A stretch of 63,868 nt of DNA, filler included, from Octopus bimaculoides (GCF_001194135.2; 7 parts of 7 records of this genome joined end to end with filler, not necessarily neighbours in it), one strand, 5' to 3'; counted from the first letter of the whole stretch, positions 11,897 through 25,892 are shown. The notes: generated by a model from the sequence alone, not told the origin. Numbers and translations: made by a program.

Positions 11897-12197
11897 ACAC
11901 TGGCGTTTCAAAGAGTTGGGCAGGACGCATCGTTAAAACGGCTCTTCCCATGGACCGCAAATTAAATGTGTATACACAAATTAAACCTGTGCCATGGAGG
12001 AATGTAGTGGCGGACAAAAAGACAAAAAACAAGACAGGAAAACAAACAGAAAAGAAAACAAGACAGGAAAACAAACGGAAAAGGCCATGCGGCCAGATGT
12101 GAAAAATTATGTGTATATGAACGCTGTGAGTCACGAACTTGAAAGTGGGGACGAAGTTAGTTCGCGTGTTTGCTCGGCGATAGCCAAGGAAGAAAAT
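11897..12197. repeat. Unclassified dispersed repeat, with a second partial copy inverted at 59703-59771
   Basis: gctgtgagtcacgaacttgaaagtgggacgaagttagttcgcgtgtttgctcggcgatagccaagg closely matches the reverse complement of 59703-59771; both copies abut N gaps. Confidence 0.7.
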
Positions 12198-12944
12198 ATA
12201 TATATACATACATACACGGCAGGCGTCTTTCAGTTTCCATCTATCAAATCCTCTCACAAGGGTTTGGTTGGCCCTGAGGCTATAGTAGAAGACGCTTGTG
12301 CAAGGTGCTATGCAGTGGAACTGAACCCAGAACCATGTGGTTGGTAAGCAAGCTACTTACGACAGAGCCACTCCTGTGCCTATATATATATATATTTATA
12401 TATATATATGCATGTATATTATATGTTTGTGTGTGTGTGTGTGTGTGTCTTTGTGCCTGTGTTTGTCCCCTATGACTGCTTCATGACTTGTGCTGATGTG
12501 TTTATGTCCTTTGCAACTTAGCAGTTCAGCAAAGAGACCAATAGAATAAATACTAAGCTTTAAAAAAATAAGTACTGAGGTCAATTCACTTGACTACTAT
12601 TCTTCTAGGCAGTGCCCCAGCATGGCCACAGCCAAATGACTGAAACAAGTAAAAGATAAAAGATAATGGTTTCAAAATCTAAGTCAAATATTACGTTGTC
12701 ATACTCTTAAATGGTTAATAAAAATATAAAAAAATTCAATCATTTTGTCATCATATATCAAAAAGATAAGCAGATGAACCACTGACACAAGAACATTCGA
12801 ATTATATCCACTAGTTTTATAGTGTTAACATATTCATTCAATGCTTTTTATAATTTATTCTGTATATAAATAAAAAGATAAATCTAAAATTGTTTTCCTT
12901 ATCATTGACAACTAGAAAATCTACAAATAAATTATCAAAAGATA

Positions 12945-13500
12945 GTTGATAGCTTTTGTTACCTAGGTGACCAAATAAACAGTGGAAGTGGGGGTTTTGA
13001 AAGCATAGTTGCCAGAGTAAAAAAAAACAGGATGTAAAAATTTCAAGAGTTTACTAATGGCAGGGGCTTTCTCTTTCAAAGTGATGGGTAGATAGTATGA
13101 ATCTTTTGTATGAAACTTGGTGCTACATTTTATCAGGATATGCATCTTAAAATGCCAGCAGATTTGGGCAAAAGCTGGGCAGAAATGATTTGAGAATTCT
13201 CAGCTGGATGTGTAATGTCATTGTGCACAAATGAGATGAGAGAAAAGCTGGATATACAAAGAATCAGATGTAGTGTGCATGAGATAAAACTCTGTTGGTA
13301 TAAGAAGGTAATGTATGTGGATGAAGCCTGTCCAATAAAAACATGCAGAGGACTCAGAATGAATGGAAACTGTGGAAGAAGGAACACAAGGATAACTTGA
13401 TGATTGATCTCAGGAAGCTGAACTTCATAAAGGCGATGACAGAAGATCACAACTTGGTGCAATGCAATGTATTCGAGAGTACCAGCTTCACCCAAGCAAG
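12945..13500 (+). mobile_element. RTE-clade LINE 3' relic
   Basis: YLGDQINSG..FESIVARV.., then a degenerate EM.ILSWMCNV...MREKLDIQRIRCSV.E.KLCWY..VMYVDE..PIK.C, typical of the post-RT region of RTE ORF2. Confidence 0.7.
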
Positions 13501-13850
13501 CATGGAAAAAACTAGCATAAGAATTGATGATAGCTTCAGTGATAGTGATGTATATATCTATATTTGAATCACTTCTAATCAGTATATCTATATTAAGTAT
13601 TATGGACCATTCTCCCCCCACTCTCTCTCTCTCTCACATCTCTCTCTCTCTCTTCGTTATTCTATCTTCTATCACCCATCCATATCCTGCCAATATGCTA
13701 TGCTATAATCACTGTACATTTTTCTACTCACGAAGACTGTGATATGAGGGACAGCACCATATTGTATCTATCTATATTCACTTCCTAGTCACATCACTAC
13801 TATTTTTTTATCCCTACTTTTCTCTCTCTCTCTGTTTCTGTCTCTCTCTG

Positions 13851-13898
<48 letters not shown>

Positions 13899-14028
13899 TC
13901 TCTCTCTCTATCCCATTATTTCTTTTGTCCCTCATTACTGACATCCAGTGTTCCCTTTGCCTTACTTCCACACATTTTCTTTGTTGTCCATGGCACTCAC
14001 CACATTACTCCTTACTTATCACTCTTTC

Positions 14029-14285
14029 TTAACCCTTAGTATTCAAATTACTTCATCAAATATAATGCTTATTAATTGCATTGTTTTTAATTAATAATGC
14101 ACTTTCTTGTAGCCTTGAGATTTTGATGATGTGCTTGCATATTTTTATATGCAATTGTAGGAGAGACATGAAAGACATTAAAGACATTGTAGGAGAGATA
14201 TCAGGAACTGGATCTGACTGGTTTGAACATCAAACAGGTAGCATATTTGGGCCAGATATAGCCTGTTTAAATGTTAAAGGGTTAA
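14029..14285. mobile_element. piggyBac-like MITE
   Basis: Left end TTAA-cccttagtattcaaa (14029); right end tttaaatgttaaaggg-TTAA (14282-14285). TTAA target duplication with CCCTT termini and imperfect TIRs. Confidence 0.7.
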
Positions 14286-15141
14286 TACCCAACTCTCTCT
14301 CCCCAGCACATACTCTTCCCTCCTTCTTTCACTTCTAGTAATCACTTTTCTATCAACCAATCTCACTCCTTCCTCTCTTTCTTCCACTCATGCCATTTCT
14401 ATTCAATCTCATAACCAACAATCATGATCTAGCTGTCTCTTTCTCTACATTCACTTTCCTTTCTTTTACTCACTCATTCCTATCACTCCTCTACTCTTTT
14501 TAATTACTCTTCCTGTATCATCCTCTGAGCCTGATCCTAGTACATCATTCCATTGTCTATCTGCTGAAGAGGAGACAACCTCTTGTACTACTGAGAAAAT
14601 GAATGAAGATAAGGTAGAATGATTAGTAGTTCTAGAGGCAAGGATACCTCAATAGGGCTGGAGGAATCCACAGCATCAAATTCTTTCTGTAAAGAAGTTA
14701 GCTAATAAATGGAAACATTGTGAAGCAAAGAGAACTCTTTTGTCCTGCCACACACAAAACAAACCCTCTACTACATCTACCACAATAAAATGCAGTCAGT
14801 ACATTCTCTAAAAGTGGTTGGCAATAACAAGGTCATCCATCCAGCCATAAAAAAAAAAAAACATACCAAAAATGGAATGAATGAAACTGGTTGTGGTTTC
14901 TAATTGATTAAAGAAGGCAGAAACTCTGAGTAAGAACTAACTCAGCCAGTGACAACCCATCGAATTCATGCCAATACGGAAAGCAGTGGTAAAAAGCTCT
15001 GATAATAGATGTATGTTTACCCACATGCACACACATACACACAAATACACACACACACACACACACACAAACATACACACAAACACAAATACACACACAA
15101 ACACACACACACATAAACACACATACACACATACACATGCA

Positions 15142-15182
<41 letters not shown>

Positions 15183-15326
15183 TATGAGTATGTATATGTA
15201 CGTGCATAGAAGTATGTATATATATATTCATATATGTATGTGTATATATGTATATACATATTTATACATATTTACATGCATATATATGCACATATATATA
15301 CATATATATGCATATATATATGTATA

Positions 15327-15365
<39 letters not shown>

Positions 15366-16388
15366 NNNNNNNNNNNNNNNNNNNNNNNNNNNNNNNNNNN
15401 NNNNNNNNNNNNNNNNNNNNNNNNNNNNNNNNNNNNNNNNNNNNNNNNNNNNNNNNNNNNNNNNNNNNNNNNNNNNNNNNNNNNNNNNNNNNNNNNNNNN
15501 NNNNNNNNNNNNNNNNNNNNNNNNNNNNNNNNNNNNNNNNNNNNNNNNNNNNNNNNNNNNNNNNNNNNNNNNNNNNNNNNNNNNNNNNNNNNNNNNNNNN
15601 NNNNNNNNNNNNNNNNNNNNNNNNNNNNNNNNNNNNNNNNNNNNNNNNNNNNNNNNNNNNNNNNNNNNNNNNNNNNNNNNNNNNNNNNNNNNNNNNNNNN
15701 NNNNNNNNNNNNNNNNNNNNNNNNNNNNNNNNNNNNNNNNNNNNNNNNNNNNNNNNNNNNNNNNNNNNNNNNNNNNNNNNNNNNNNNNNNNNNNNNNNNN
15801 NNNNNNNNNNNNNNNNNNNNNNNNNNNNNNNNNNNNNNNNNNNNNNNNNNNNNNNNNNNNNNNNNNNNNNNNNNNNNNNNNNNNNNNNNNNNNNNNNNNN
15901 NNNNNNNNNNNNNNNNNNNNNNNNNNNNNNNNNNNNNNNNNNNNNNGTGTGTATGTATGTATGTTAATATATGTATATGTATATGGTTTTGAAAATTTTC
16001 ATTAATTTTTTTTCCTGGAAATTTTTTTTTCTTGTTAAAATCCCATGCAAAAAAAGATCTAAGGCAAAAAAAATTGACTATTGAAAGAAATGATAAATAA
16101 ATATAAAAAAAAAGACAATAGATCCAATAAGAATTATATATTTTTTATTTGTATAGAACATAGATGTAAAAATATATAGAAATAAAAGAACGATGAAATA
16201 AAAGGGAAACCAAAGGGTAAGAATAGATATTGTGGGGGATCTGGGTGGAGGAGGGGTAGATTTCATTTGAAATTAAATAAACAAGTAAAATATTTAACAC
16301 CAACAACACCAATAACAACAATCATCATCCTCATCATCGTCATCATTGTTGTTGTTATCATCATCGTCATCGTTATCATCATCATCAT

Positions 16389-16422
<34 letters not shown>

Positions 16423-16474
16423 CTACCATCTTCATCATCATCATCCTCATGATAATAATGATAACAATAATAAT

Positions 16475-16512
<38 letters not shown>

Positions 16513-18210
16513 GCAAGGGAGATTAAAATATACAGCAATTTAATCAATGTCTTTTCATTACTACTCCCAACCCAAACCACACCTAACTTATCCAATAAGG
16601 AGCTCTATTAATAAGTAAGTGTGTGTATATGCTTGTATATACATATATATATATATATATATANNNNNNNNNNNNNNNNNNNNNNNNNNNNNNNNNNNNN
16701 NNNNNNNNNNNNNNNNNNNNNNNNNNNNNNNNNNNNNNNNNNNNNNNNNNNNNNNNNNNNNNNNNNNNNNNNNNNNNNNNNNNNNNNNNNNNNNNNNNNN
16801 NNNNNNNNNNNNNNNNNNNNNNNNNNNNNNNNNNNNNNNNNNNNNNNNNNNNNNNNNNNNNNNNNNNNNNNNNNNNNNNNNNNNNNNNNNNNNNNNNNNN
16901 NNNNNNNNNNNNNNNNNNNNNNNNNNNNNNNNNNNNNNNNNNNNNNNNNNNNNNNNNNNNNNNNNNNNNNNNNNNNNNNNNNNNNNNNNNNNNNNNNNNN
17001 NNNNNNNNNNNNNNNNNNNNNNNNNNNNNNNNNNNNNNNNNNNNNNNNNNNNNNNNNNNNNNNNNNNNNNNNNNNNNNNNNNNNNNNNNNNNNNNNNNNN
17101 NNNNNNNNNNNNNNNNNNNNNNNNNNNNNNNNNNNNNNNNNNNNNNNNNNNNNNNNNNNNNNNNNNNNNNNNNNNNNNNNNNNNNNNNNNNNNNNNNNNN
17201 NNNNNNNNNNNNNNNNNNNNNNNNNNNNNNNNNNNNNNNNNNNNNNNNNNNNNNNNNNNNNNNNNNNNNNNNNNNNNNNNNNNNNNNNNNNNNNNNNNNN
17301 NNNNNNNNNNNNNNNNNNNNNNNNNNNNNNNNNNNNNNNNNNNNNNNNNNNNNNNNNNNNNNNNNNNNNNNNNNNNNNNNNNNNNNNNNNNNNNNNNNNN
17401 NNNNNNNNNNNNNNNNNNNNNNNNNNNNNNNNNNNNNNNNNNNNNNNNNNNNNNNNNNNNNNNNNNNNNNNNNNNNNNNNNNNNNNNNNTATATATATAT
17501 ATATATCAATGCACATATCTATATATAATTGATTTTGTGTATATGTATTTGAAGATAAGTTTATGCACATAAGTATATATATATATGTATGCATGTATGT
17601 ATGTATATATATATATATATAAATATATACACACACATATCTAGACATATATGTGCATATATGGATATATCTATGTACAAACTTACTTTGAAATCAACTG
17701 GAAGGAAACAAAATGAAAAAATACAAAAGAAGATATAATTGAAAAGTTTGTTATATGAAGGATTTCGAAGAATATTTACAAAGTAAAGTTGGCAAATATA
17801 CTGTTTTGGCTTCCTTATCAAATGTGTTCTGTAATGTTCCTTTGGGTATAAAAGAGCCAAACTTTTTGGGTAGAAAACAACCAATATTTTTACCTTATAT
17901 ATTTAATTCTTAGAATATACTCAACTGTGTAATGCAGCTAAGAATCCAGAAATTCAAAAGGCTTCTTTAGATTAGTTTGTGAAGACTTCTTCTTAAGTAT
18001 TGAATCTGTTAGTCACACTATAGATGTTAATACCATAGATTCTGTTGTTGATATTTGTTGCAGATTTAGTTATCTATAATTCTAATCTTTATACAAAAAC
18101 ATAACTTGAAGAAAATATTGTTTGCAAGCTATTATATTTTGTACTAGCTGCATTATAAATCATATGTTTATGTACTTGAATGAGTTTATTTACAATAATA
18201 AAAAGAATTT

Positions 18211-18259
<49 letters not shown>

Positions 18260-18691
18260 GTTGTGTCTGCTGCTGCAGTTGCTGCTTGATTTTATTAATT
18301 TTGGAAAAGGTATTCTGTGTTGGTAATATGGCAAAAGGTACAGGAAAAAATGCTATACACACAGACAGAACTGATGCAGTTATTCTCATACATATATACT
18401 CATATACATATATCTATATCTATCTATCTATCTATATATATATATATATCTATATATATATATANNNNNNNNNNATATATATCATCATCCTCATGGTCTC
18501 TACAGCTGGATGCCCTTTCTAATGCCAACCATTTTACAGAGTGTGGTGGATGCTTTTAAATGGTACTGGCACAAGACCTCTTGCAGAGCAATCAACTTCA
18601 GCAGGGGGAGTGGCCTTAACACTTCTTCTGTGGAGTTGAGAGCTTCTTGAGTATTCTGCTGTGGAGTGTGGGTCTTCTACATATATAGACA

Positions 18692-18747
<56 letters not shown>

Positions 18748-19293
18748 CACATTTATTATCTAATATATATACACACACATACATACACTCATCCACATGC
18801 ACATGCATATATATATAGAAAGAGAGAACAAAAGACGATAGATGAATGGATGGATTAGTAGATAAATAGCTAGAGATATTGACAGAAATTATTCAATTTA
18901 ATAAGTTGTCACAGAAATTCATGTGGCTACTATTGTTTAGCTCCATATCAACCTTTTCCTTGAAATCATTGCTTGTTATACCCAAGTAGTATTTAATGTG
19001 GCCAACTATATCAAGGGAATATTTAATCAGCATTTGCATTTCATGAGATGCTGTGAAAAGGAAATCTCCAACTCCCTGTCCCATTTCATCTAATGCCTCT
19101 GGGATCAGAAAACGACTTTCCTAGCATCACATGGGACATCCTTGGCTGCCCTGTTTACTTGAAATTTGTAGTTGCCAATTCTGCCACCATGAGAAATTGT
19201 TCATACTGCAACAAACTGCATCATCAATTGGCAAGAAAATTACTCTATTGCTTGCAAACTACCTGGTGTATACAATACGATTTATTAAATACT

Positions 19294-19330
<37 letters not shown>

Positions 19331-22009
19331 CCAATGAACTCCAAACCATGGGCTGCTGATACTCAGAAGGAATCTTAAACCAAGCTGGCCCTCAGCACTA
19401 ATGGTAATCCTGGTTCTTTATTGGCTTTAGGTGATTGTTACCTTATTCTAAAGTCTCATATCGTTAGTTTTCTATATTGCTGTTTTCTATACTTAGCAGT
19501 ATTTAGTTGCAAACTTCTACGTACTGATTTCAAATTTACCAAGGGTAAAGGTCAATAATATAAAATATCAGTTAAATGTTGTGGTAGATACAACCATTTG
19601 TTCCTCTTCTTGATATCAAGAGAACTCATTGACAGATACTTCTGATCATCCTAAGTTACAGGGCTCAAACAATCATCTGAAGTTTAAAGAACAACCTGTA
19701 TTTCTCAACATCAGTGTGTGAATAAATAACTAGTTGTAATTATTATGATTTTAAGCATACAGGCACATGGAGTGCAAGAAGTCTATGTATGTTTAAATGT
19801 ACAATATACGTGTGCTAATGTATGTATGTTCTATTCTAGTTTTGATTATATTAAATCTTTCTGTAAAGAAAGAGCTGGCTTCTATTGAGATACTAAACTC
19901 TATCATGAACGTATTTATATATATAAATATATATGGTATGGGTGTGTGAGTGTGTATACATATAGGGACACATGCACACACACACACATACGCATACATA
20001 TTTATATAAATATGTATATGTATGTATTTGAACATACATAAACACATATATATATGTGTGTGTGCATGTAGATGTGTATACATGTGCAGGTGGGAGAAAG
20101 AAAGAAAGAGAGAGAGAATTTAAAAGTTGGAGGGGAAAAACTATTCCATACATAAGGAAGATTTATGTATTGATCTGAAACTGAACCTTCTTTCCGTCAG
20201 TGTTCAAGACCTATTGCATTGATAGGCTTTCATGTATCAATGCAGTAGGCTGCAATAGTAAATTGGGACACAATACCCTGACTAATAAAGAAAGGGAACA
20301 CCATTAAATAAATTCAAAAACAAAAAATAACTTGCATTGAAACAGCTTAAAGTTGGTGACAGGAGAGGCATCACACTAGAAAATCTGCCTCATTGAATTC
20401 CATCAAAATCCATGCAAGTATGGAAAACTGGACATTAAATCAATGATGATGATGATGGTAACATTTTATATATATCTGCATATTCCTTTGTTTCTTCAAT
20501 ATCCATTTCAACATTTTCCAAGCTAGTATGGCCTGGATGGAGTACTTACTGAAACAGCATTTTATACATCGTCCCCGATCTGTCCACATCCTTTCTTTTT
20601 TCAGCTAACAATGTTACTTTCTTTTTATTTTTTTTTCACTGGTCTTTAAAAGAGCAGAGTGTCTGATTGTCATGACAACAAAGGATGTAGACATCATATC
20701 ATCAGTTTGCTCAAAGGTTGACGAGTCAAGTCATAGAATGCTTACAATTTATATACATAACCATATATGCACACGTATACACACACACACACACACACAC
20801 ATGTGTGGGTACACATACATATGTATGCACATTGAGCTTCCATACAGTTTCTGTCTATTACAGAAGACACTTGGCCAAGCTGCCATGCAGTGGGACAGAA
20901 CTCAAAACTAAATCACTACAAATCAAACATCTTAACATGTTAACCACACGCCCATACACACACACACACATGCACTCACACACAAACACACTCATATATG
21001 TATATTGTTTATTTGTTTATATATATTTTAAGAATACCACATAGAGAGAGTGTAATAAAAAATAAAAGAAAATATATTCAACATGAGATATATAATAAAT
21101 CAATAAAAATGATGATAAAATGAATAAGTTTCCAAGAATTGGACTTAATTTCTTTGATTTCCATTTTCTTCACTTGACCTCAAACATTTGATATTTTCTG
21201 AACATTTTAGTGAAGATAACTTCCAAGAGAGGAAGCAAGAAAGAGAGAAGCTATGGTGCACTGGTACCACCATGTTATGCTGCACTGATGCATCTAGCTG
21301 TATGTTTTACTTGTGATGTATGTGAGAGAAAAATACATATGTAACTTAATAAAGTGAGGGGGAATCAATTGTTATATATATATATATATATATATATTCA
21401 CACACATATATATACACACGTGTGTGTGTGTGTATGCATGTAAACATATTTACATATAAACATACTCTGGTTTGAAATGAAAAAAACATTATAGAATTTT
21501 TCTTCTCATAAATTCTTTCTTGCTATGTTATTTTATTGTTATATGTCTTTATATATTTTGTCTGTAGTGAACATAGGTATATACATATATGCATGTTCCT
21601 ATATATGTGTGTGTGTGTAGACATATAGACATAGATATATAGATTACATACATATGCATACTGACAGACAGTTATACCTATGCAAAATTATATAAACACA
21701 TGAAAACATCCATACACATACAACACACACACACACACACACCACATACATACACACATGCACATGCACGTATTATATACAATGCTATCATACACATACA
21801 CATGTTTATTTGAAAAATGTTTCCTTTGACTTTTCCTATTCACTTCATGCTATGTTTCTTTGCTTATTTGTAATTCCTACTTCATTCCTTGACCTTCCAG
21901 CCTTTAAAAAAACACACAGAAATCTTCTCCCCCTACATCTTCCTCATACCGCTTGCTACCATTTCAACTTACATTTTTAATAACAAAAACTATCACTCAA
22001 AAAGTAATA

Positions 22010-22051
<42 letters not shown>

Positions 22052-22440
22052 GCAAACAGAATTTATCACTGAACTTTTACTCAATACATTTTTCAACTCA
22101 GGAAGCTGTTTAGGCTTAAATAAGTGGGTAGAAGCTTTGGGGTGGGTCTAAAGTTCAATGCTTGGCAAAATATATTATGGTTTTACGTTCAAATCTTGCC
22201 TAGGGTTGTTTTGATTTGACATTTCCTATCTTATAGATGGAGAAGGGATTCAGTAAATTGGAAAAATTTGAAGTGCTATATTCTCGAAGAATTCAACAAT
22301 GAGAATAGTTTAGATGTGTTAGGGAATAAGCAAATGAAAACCAATGGAGAAGGTCAAGGGAAATAATCAGCAGCATTGTGTGTTATATCATGGTAGATCA
22401 AACTGAAATAAGTTTAGTTATAAGTAAATATACATCTGTG

Positions 22441-22835
22441 GGGGCACAATGGCCCAGTGGTTAGGGCAGCAGACTCGCGGTCATAGGATCGCGGTTTCGA
22501 TTCCCAGAGCGGTCGCTGTGAGTGTTTATTGAGAAAAAACACCTAAAGCTCCATGAGGCTCCGGCAGGGGATGGTGGAAAACCCTGCTGTACTCTTCCAC
22601 CACAACTTTCTCTCACTCTTACTTCCTGTTTCTGTTGTGCCTGTAATTCAAAGGGTCAGCCTTGCCACACTGTGTCATGCTGAATATCCCTGAGAACTAC
22701 GTTAAGGGTACACGTGTCTGTGGAGTGCTCAGCCACTTGCACATTAATTTCACGAGCAGGTTGTTCCGTTGATTGGATCAACTGGAACCCTCGACGTCGT
22801 AAGCGACAGAGTGCTAACAACAACAACAACAACAA
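22441..22835 (+). mobile_element. tRNA-derived SINE, family C (~390 bp, CAA tail)
   Basis: A box tggcccagtggttagg, B box ggtttcgattccc, (caa)n tail; a closely similar inverted copy at about 35415-35791. Confidence 0.9.
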
Positions 22836-23329
22836 AATATACATGTAAAATCTGTTAAGTAATGTATATTATTGTTCATCGTTCATATAGTCGTTCTGTT
22901 TTCACTAATTTGTTAAGTACAGAGAAGATTATGTTTTGCTTGAGGTGGTCAAATATATTTCTAAAACATGTCCAGTGCTGTCCTCCATACATGTCCAGCT
23001 TGGATGTAATTAATATTAGTTAACGAGCTATTGTTTACTTCTCCTTGCTGCACGAATATTATTAATTTCTTTCTTCACATCATTAATTGTAAACAAGTCC
23101 ATTTTTGCAGCATTCTTTCGGATCTTAAAATTTATGTGTATGAAATTTTGAAATTCATTTGTTTACATAGTTAATTGTGAACGAATGAGAAGAACTGAGA
23201 AGTTGGTTGGGTTGGTATTGTTATATGAGCTGGGAAATGTAAAAGTATAAAAGGGATGAAAAAGAACACAAGAGAAAATAGAAGGATGCAGTTGAATCCT
23301 AGAAGTATGAATGATGCTTGTCAGGTGAT

Positions 23330-23740
23330 GGTGGACCATTTCTGTGGGATAAAGTGAGTTTCTGTGTATAGTGACACTTTGCAAAAGTTTATTTCCTGAA
23401 ATGATAGCTGCTCCATGATTTTTTATTTATTTGCATGATCTTTATACTGTGTAAAGCTTGAGTTTTTCTCAATTCACTTAAGTATGCTCTTGATCTTACA
23501 ATGAATCCTTTATTTGATGTTGTAGTCAAGGTTGCATTCGCTTGAGCCCCAGACATTGGTTGGCTAATGCCATGAAGTTCTTTATGCTGCATCAAAATAT
23601 TATTCATGGCTGCTACATCTTTACTTGAATTTTCTGTCAACCATATCTATGTAACTGTTATTCTTGACTAGCTGATTTAGAGTAGTTGAAGTGACTTCAA
23701 CCTGTTGGTTAGCTCTTCTAATGTATCAACATCTACATTA
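23330..23740 (-). mobile_element. Probable hAT transposase C-terminal relic
   Basis: ..NVDVDTLEEL.., then AAMNNILM...ANATLTTTSNKGFIVRSRAYLSELRKTQALHS, loosely resembling the hAT dimerisation motif (LT.PVT.AS.ERSFS.L..IKT.LRS). Alignment by eye only. Confidence 0.35.
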
Positions 23741-24646
23741 TACAAGGGGGTACCCAAAAGAAACCGGAATTTTGTAATATTTTATTCACTTAGTTTTTAT
23801 ATACTTAGTTTTACATGCTTTAACACCTTCAAAGTATTCTCCATCTGAAGTGAGGCATTGGTCCAGATTTGTTTTCCACTGTTCGAAGCATTCCTGGTAC
23901 CCTTGCGAAGTGATACCTTTTAACACCTCTGTCGTTTTTTTCTTCACCTCTCCCACATCTGCAAAACATTTTCCTTTAAGAACTTTTTTCTTTTGGGGGA
24001 ACAAAAAAAGTCGCAGGGGGGGTGGGGGTAAGCAGGGTCATGTCTTTTTTGATCAAAAACTATCTCACACTTCTGTGAGTAAGTGAGGTTAAAAATTTTG
24101 CTGCTTCCTTTCATTCACAATTCTTCACTCAAAATTTATTGACAGGAGCTCCAGAACACTCCAGTCATATAAACAAGTTCATCAATTAGTTGGTGACACT
24201 CCTCCAAGATCAGTTAATGAATTTCCGTGATGTTTTTATTCATTAAGGAAGTCACCAATCATCCTGAACAAGGTTGGCATTCAAGTAACTAGTAACCATT
24301 CCTAAAGTGTGAAAACCAGTTGTAAACTTGTGTTTTGCCCATGACAGTGTCTTTGTAAGCTGTTTCAAGCATGACAACCGTTTCAGCTGCCATTTCCCTA
24401 ACAGAAAACAGAATTTCATGCAAACACACTGTTCCTTCATTTCAGCCATCGCAAAAATCAACAAACAGCGGGGAAGCACTGCAAAACAAAGATGCCCTAT
24501 GTGGCAGTACAACCTTGCCAGACACCACTAGTTGGCAGGCTGTTGCCTGAGGGTCACATCAAATGGCTTCTAGCAGCAGAAGCCCAAACTACAAAAGACT
24601 TGTCACACAGAGAACGTTTCCAGTTATTTTGGGGTACCTCCTTGTA
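23741..24646 (-). mobile_element. Internally deleted mariner element with both TIRs and TA duplication
   Basis: Left TA-caagggggtacccaaaagaaaccggaa; right end in reverse complement TA-caaggaggtaccccaaaataactggaa. N-terminus MAEMKEQCVCMKFCFLLGK; C-terminus FPQKKKVLKGKCFADVGEVKKKTTEVLKGI...FEQWKTNLDQCLTSDGEYFEG. The central catalytic region is largely missing. Confidence 0.9.
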
Positions 24647-25528
24647 CTTAAGCAATGCGAATTGTCTTGATTAATATGTTTACTTCAGATGAACACTTTC
24701 ATTTTGGTGTTGTAACTTCAGGTAAGGTTGGCATGAACAAGTCAACCAAAGCTTATTTATACATACATGATGATGATGGCTGCCCACTCATGACTGAGGA
24801 AGACTGTCTCTGACCATTAAGAACCCTGTGCAGGCAAAAAAGTTTATACTTTACAATTGTGGTCTCACTGGTGCCAAACAAGCCTCGGCCTTGATAAACA
24901 TATACATCCATAGATATTGCAAACCAAGCATCCTCCATTCACTACATGGTAGGTTTTTGAGCAGCTTACCTAAATTCTGCATGGAAAATGAATGCTTTTT
25001 TGAAAACACCTACTCTTCCTTTTACATGGAAATGTAATCATCTTGTCTAATGCCTCTGGGATCAGAAAACGACTTTCCTAGCATCACATGGGACATCCTT
25101 GGCCGTCCTCCTCCCTGTTCACTTGAAATTTATGACCGTGAGGTTGTGAGTTCGAAACCTGGACTCAGCTGCGTGTTGTGTTCTTGAGCAAGTTCCTCCA
25201 GTTCACTCAGCTGTAAGAATGAGTCGCGACGCCACTGGTGCAAAGCTGTATCAGCTTTTGCCTATTCCTTAGATAACACCGGTGGCATGGAAATGGGAGG
25301 CTGGTATTCATGGGTGACTGCTGGTCTCTCATAAACAACTTTGCTCAGACTTGTGCTTGTAGGTGCAATCCCATGGTCATTTGTCTCCTCCGATATATAT
25401 ATATATATGTATATATATATATGCATACATATTCACATAGGCATAAACATATACATGTATGTTCACACACACTTTTCATTTATTTTTATAGAAATATTTT
25501 GGTTATATATCAGATGTTTACATGTATA

Positions 25529-25561
<33 letters not shown>

Positions 25562-25807
25562 NNNNNNNNNNNNNNNNNNNNNNNNNNNNNNNNNNNNNNN
25601 NNNNNTTAATTAATTAANNNNNNNNNNNNNNNNNNNNNNNNNNNNNNNNNNNNNNNNNNNNTGCAGTTGTGATGCTGGTGGTAGTTGTGGTGGTGGTGGT
25701 GGTGGTTGTGGTTGCGGTGGTAGTGGTGATGGTGGTGGTGGTGGTGCGTTGGTGGTGATGTTTGTGGTGCTAATTTTTAGTGTTCTAGTACTTTTGCTTA
25801 TATTACT

Positions 25808-25849
<42 letters not shown>

Positions 25850-25850
25850 C

Positions 25851-25892
<42 letters not shown>

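Noticed and set aside
22441-22520. tRNA gene-like A and B boxes (also at 4487, 4750, 11322 and 41625)
   Set aside because: The boxes continue into multi-copy SINE bodies, and I could not fold a complete cloverleaf with an acceptor stem.
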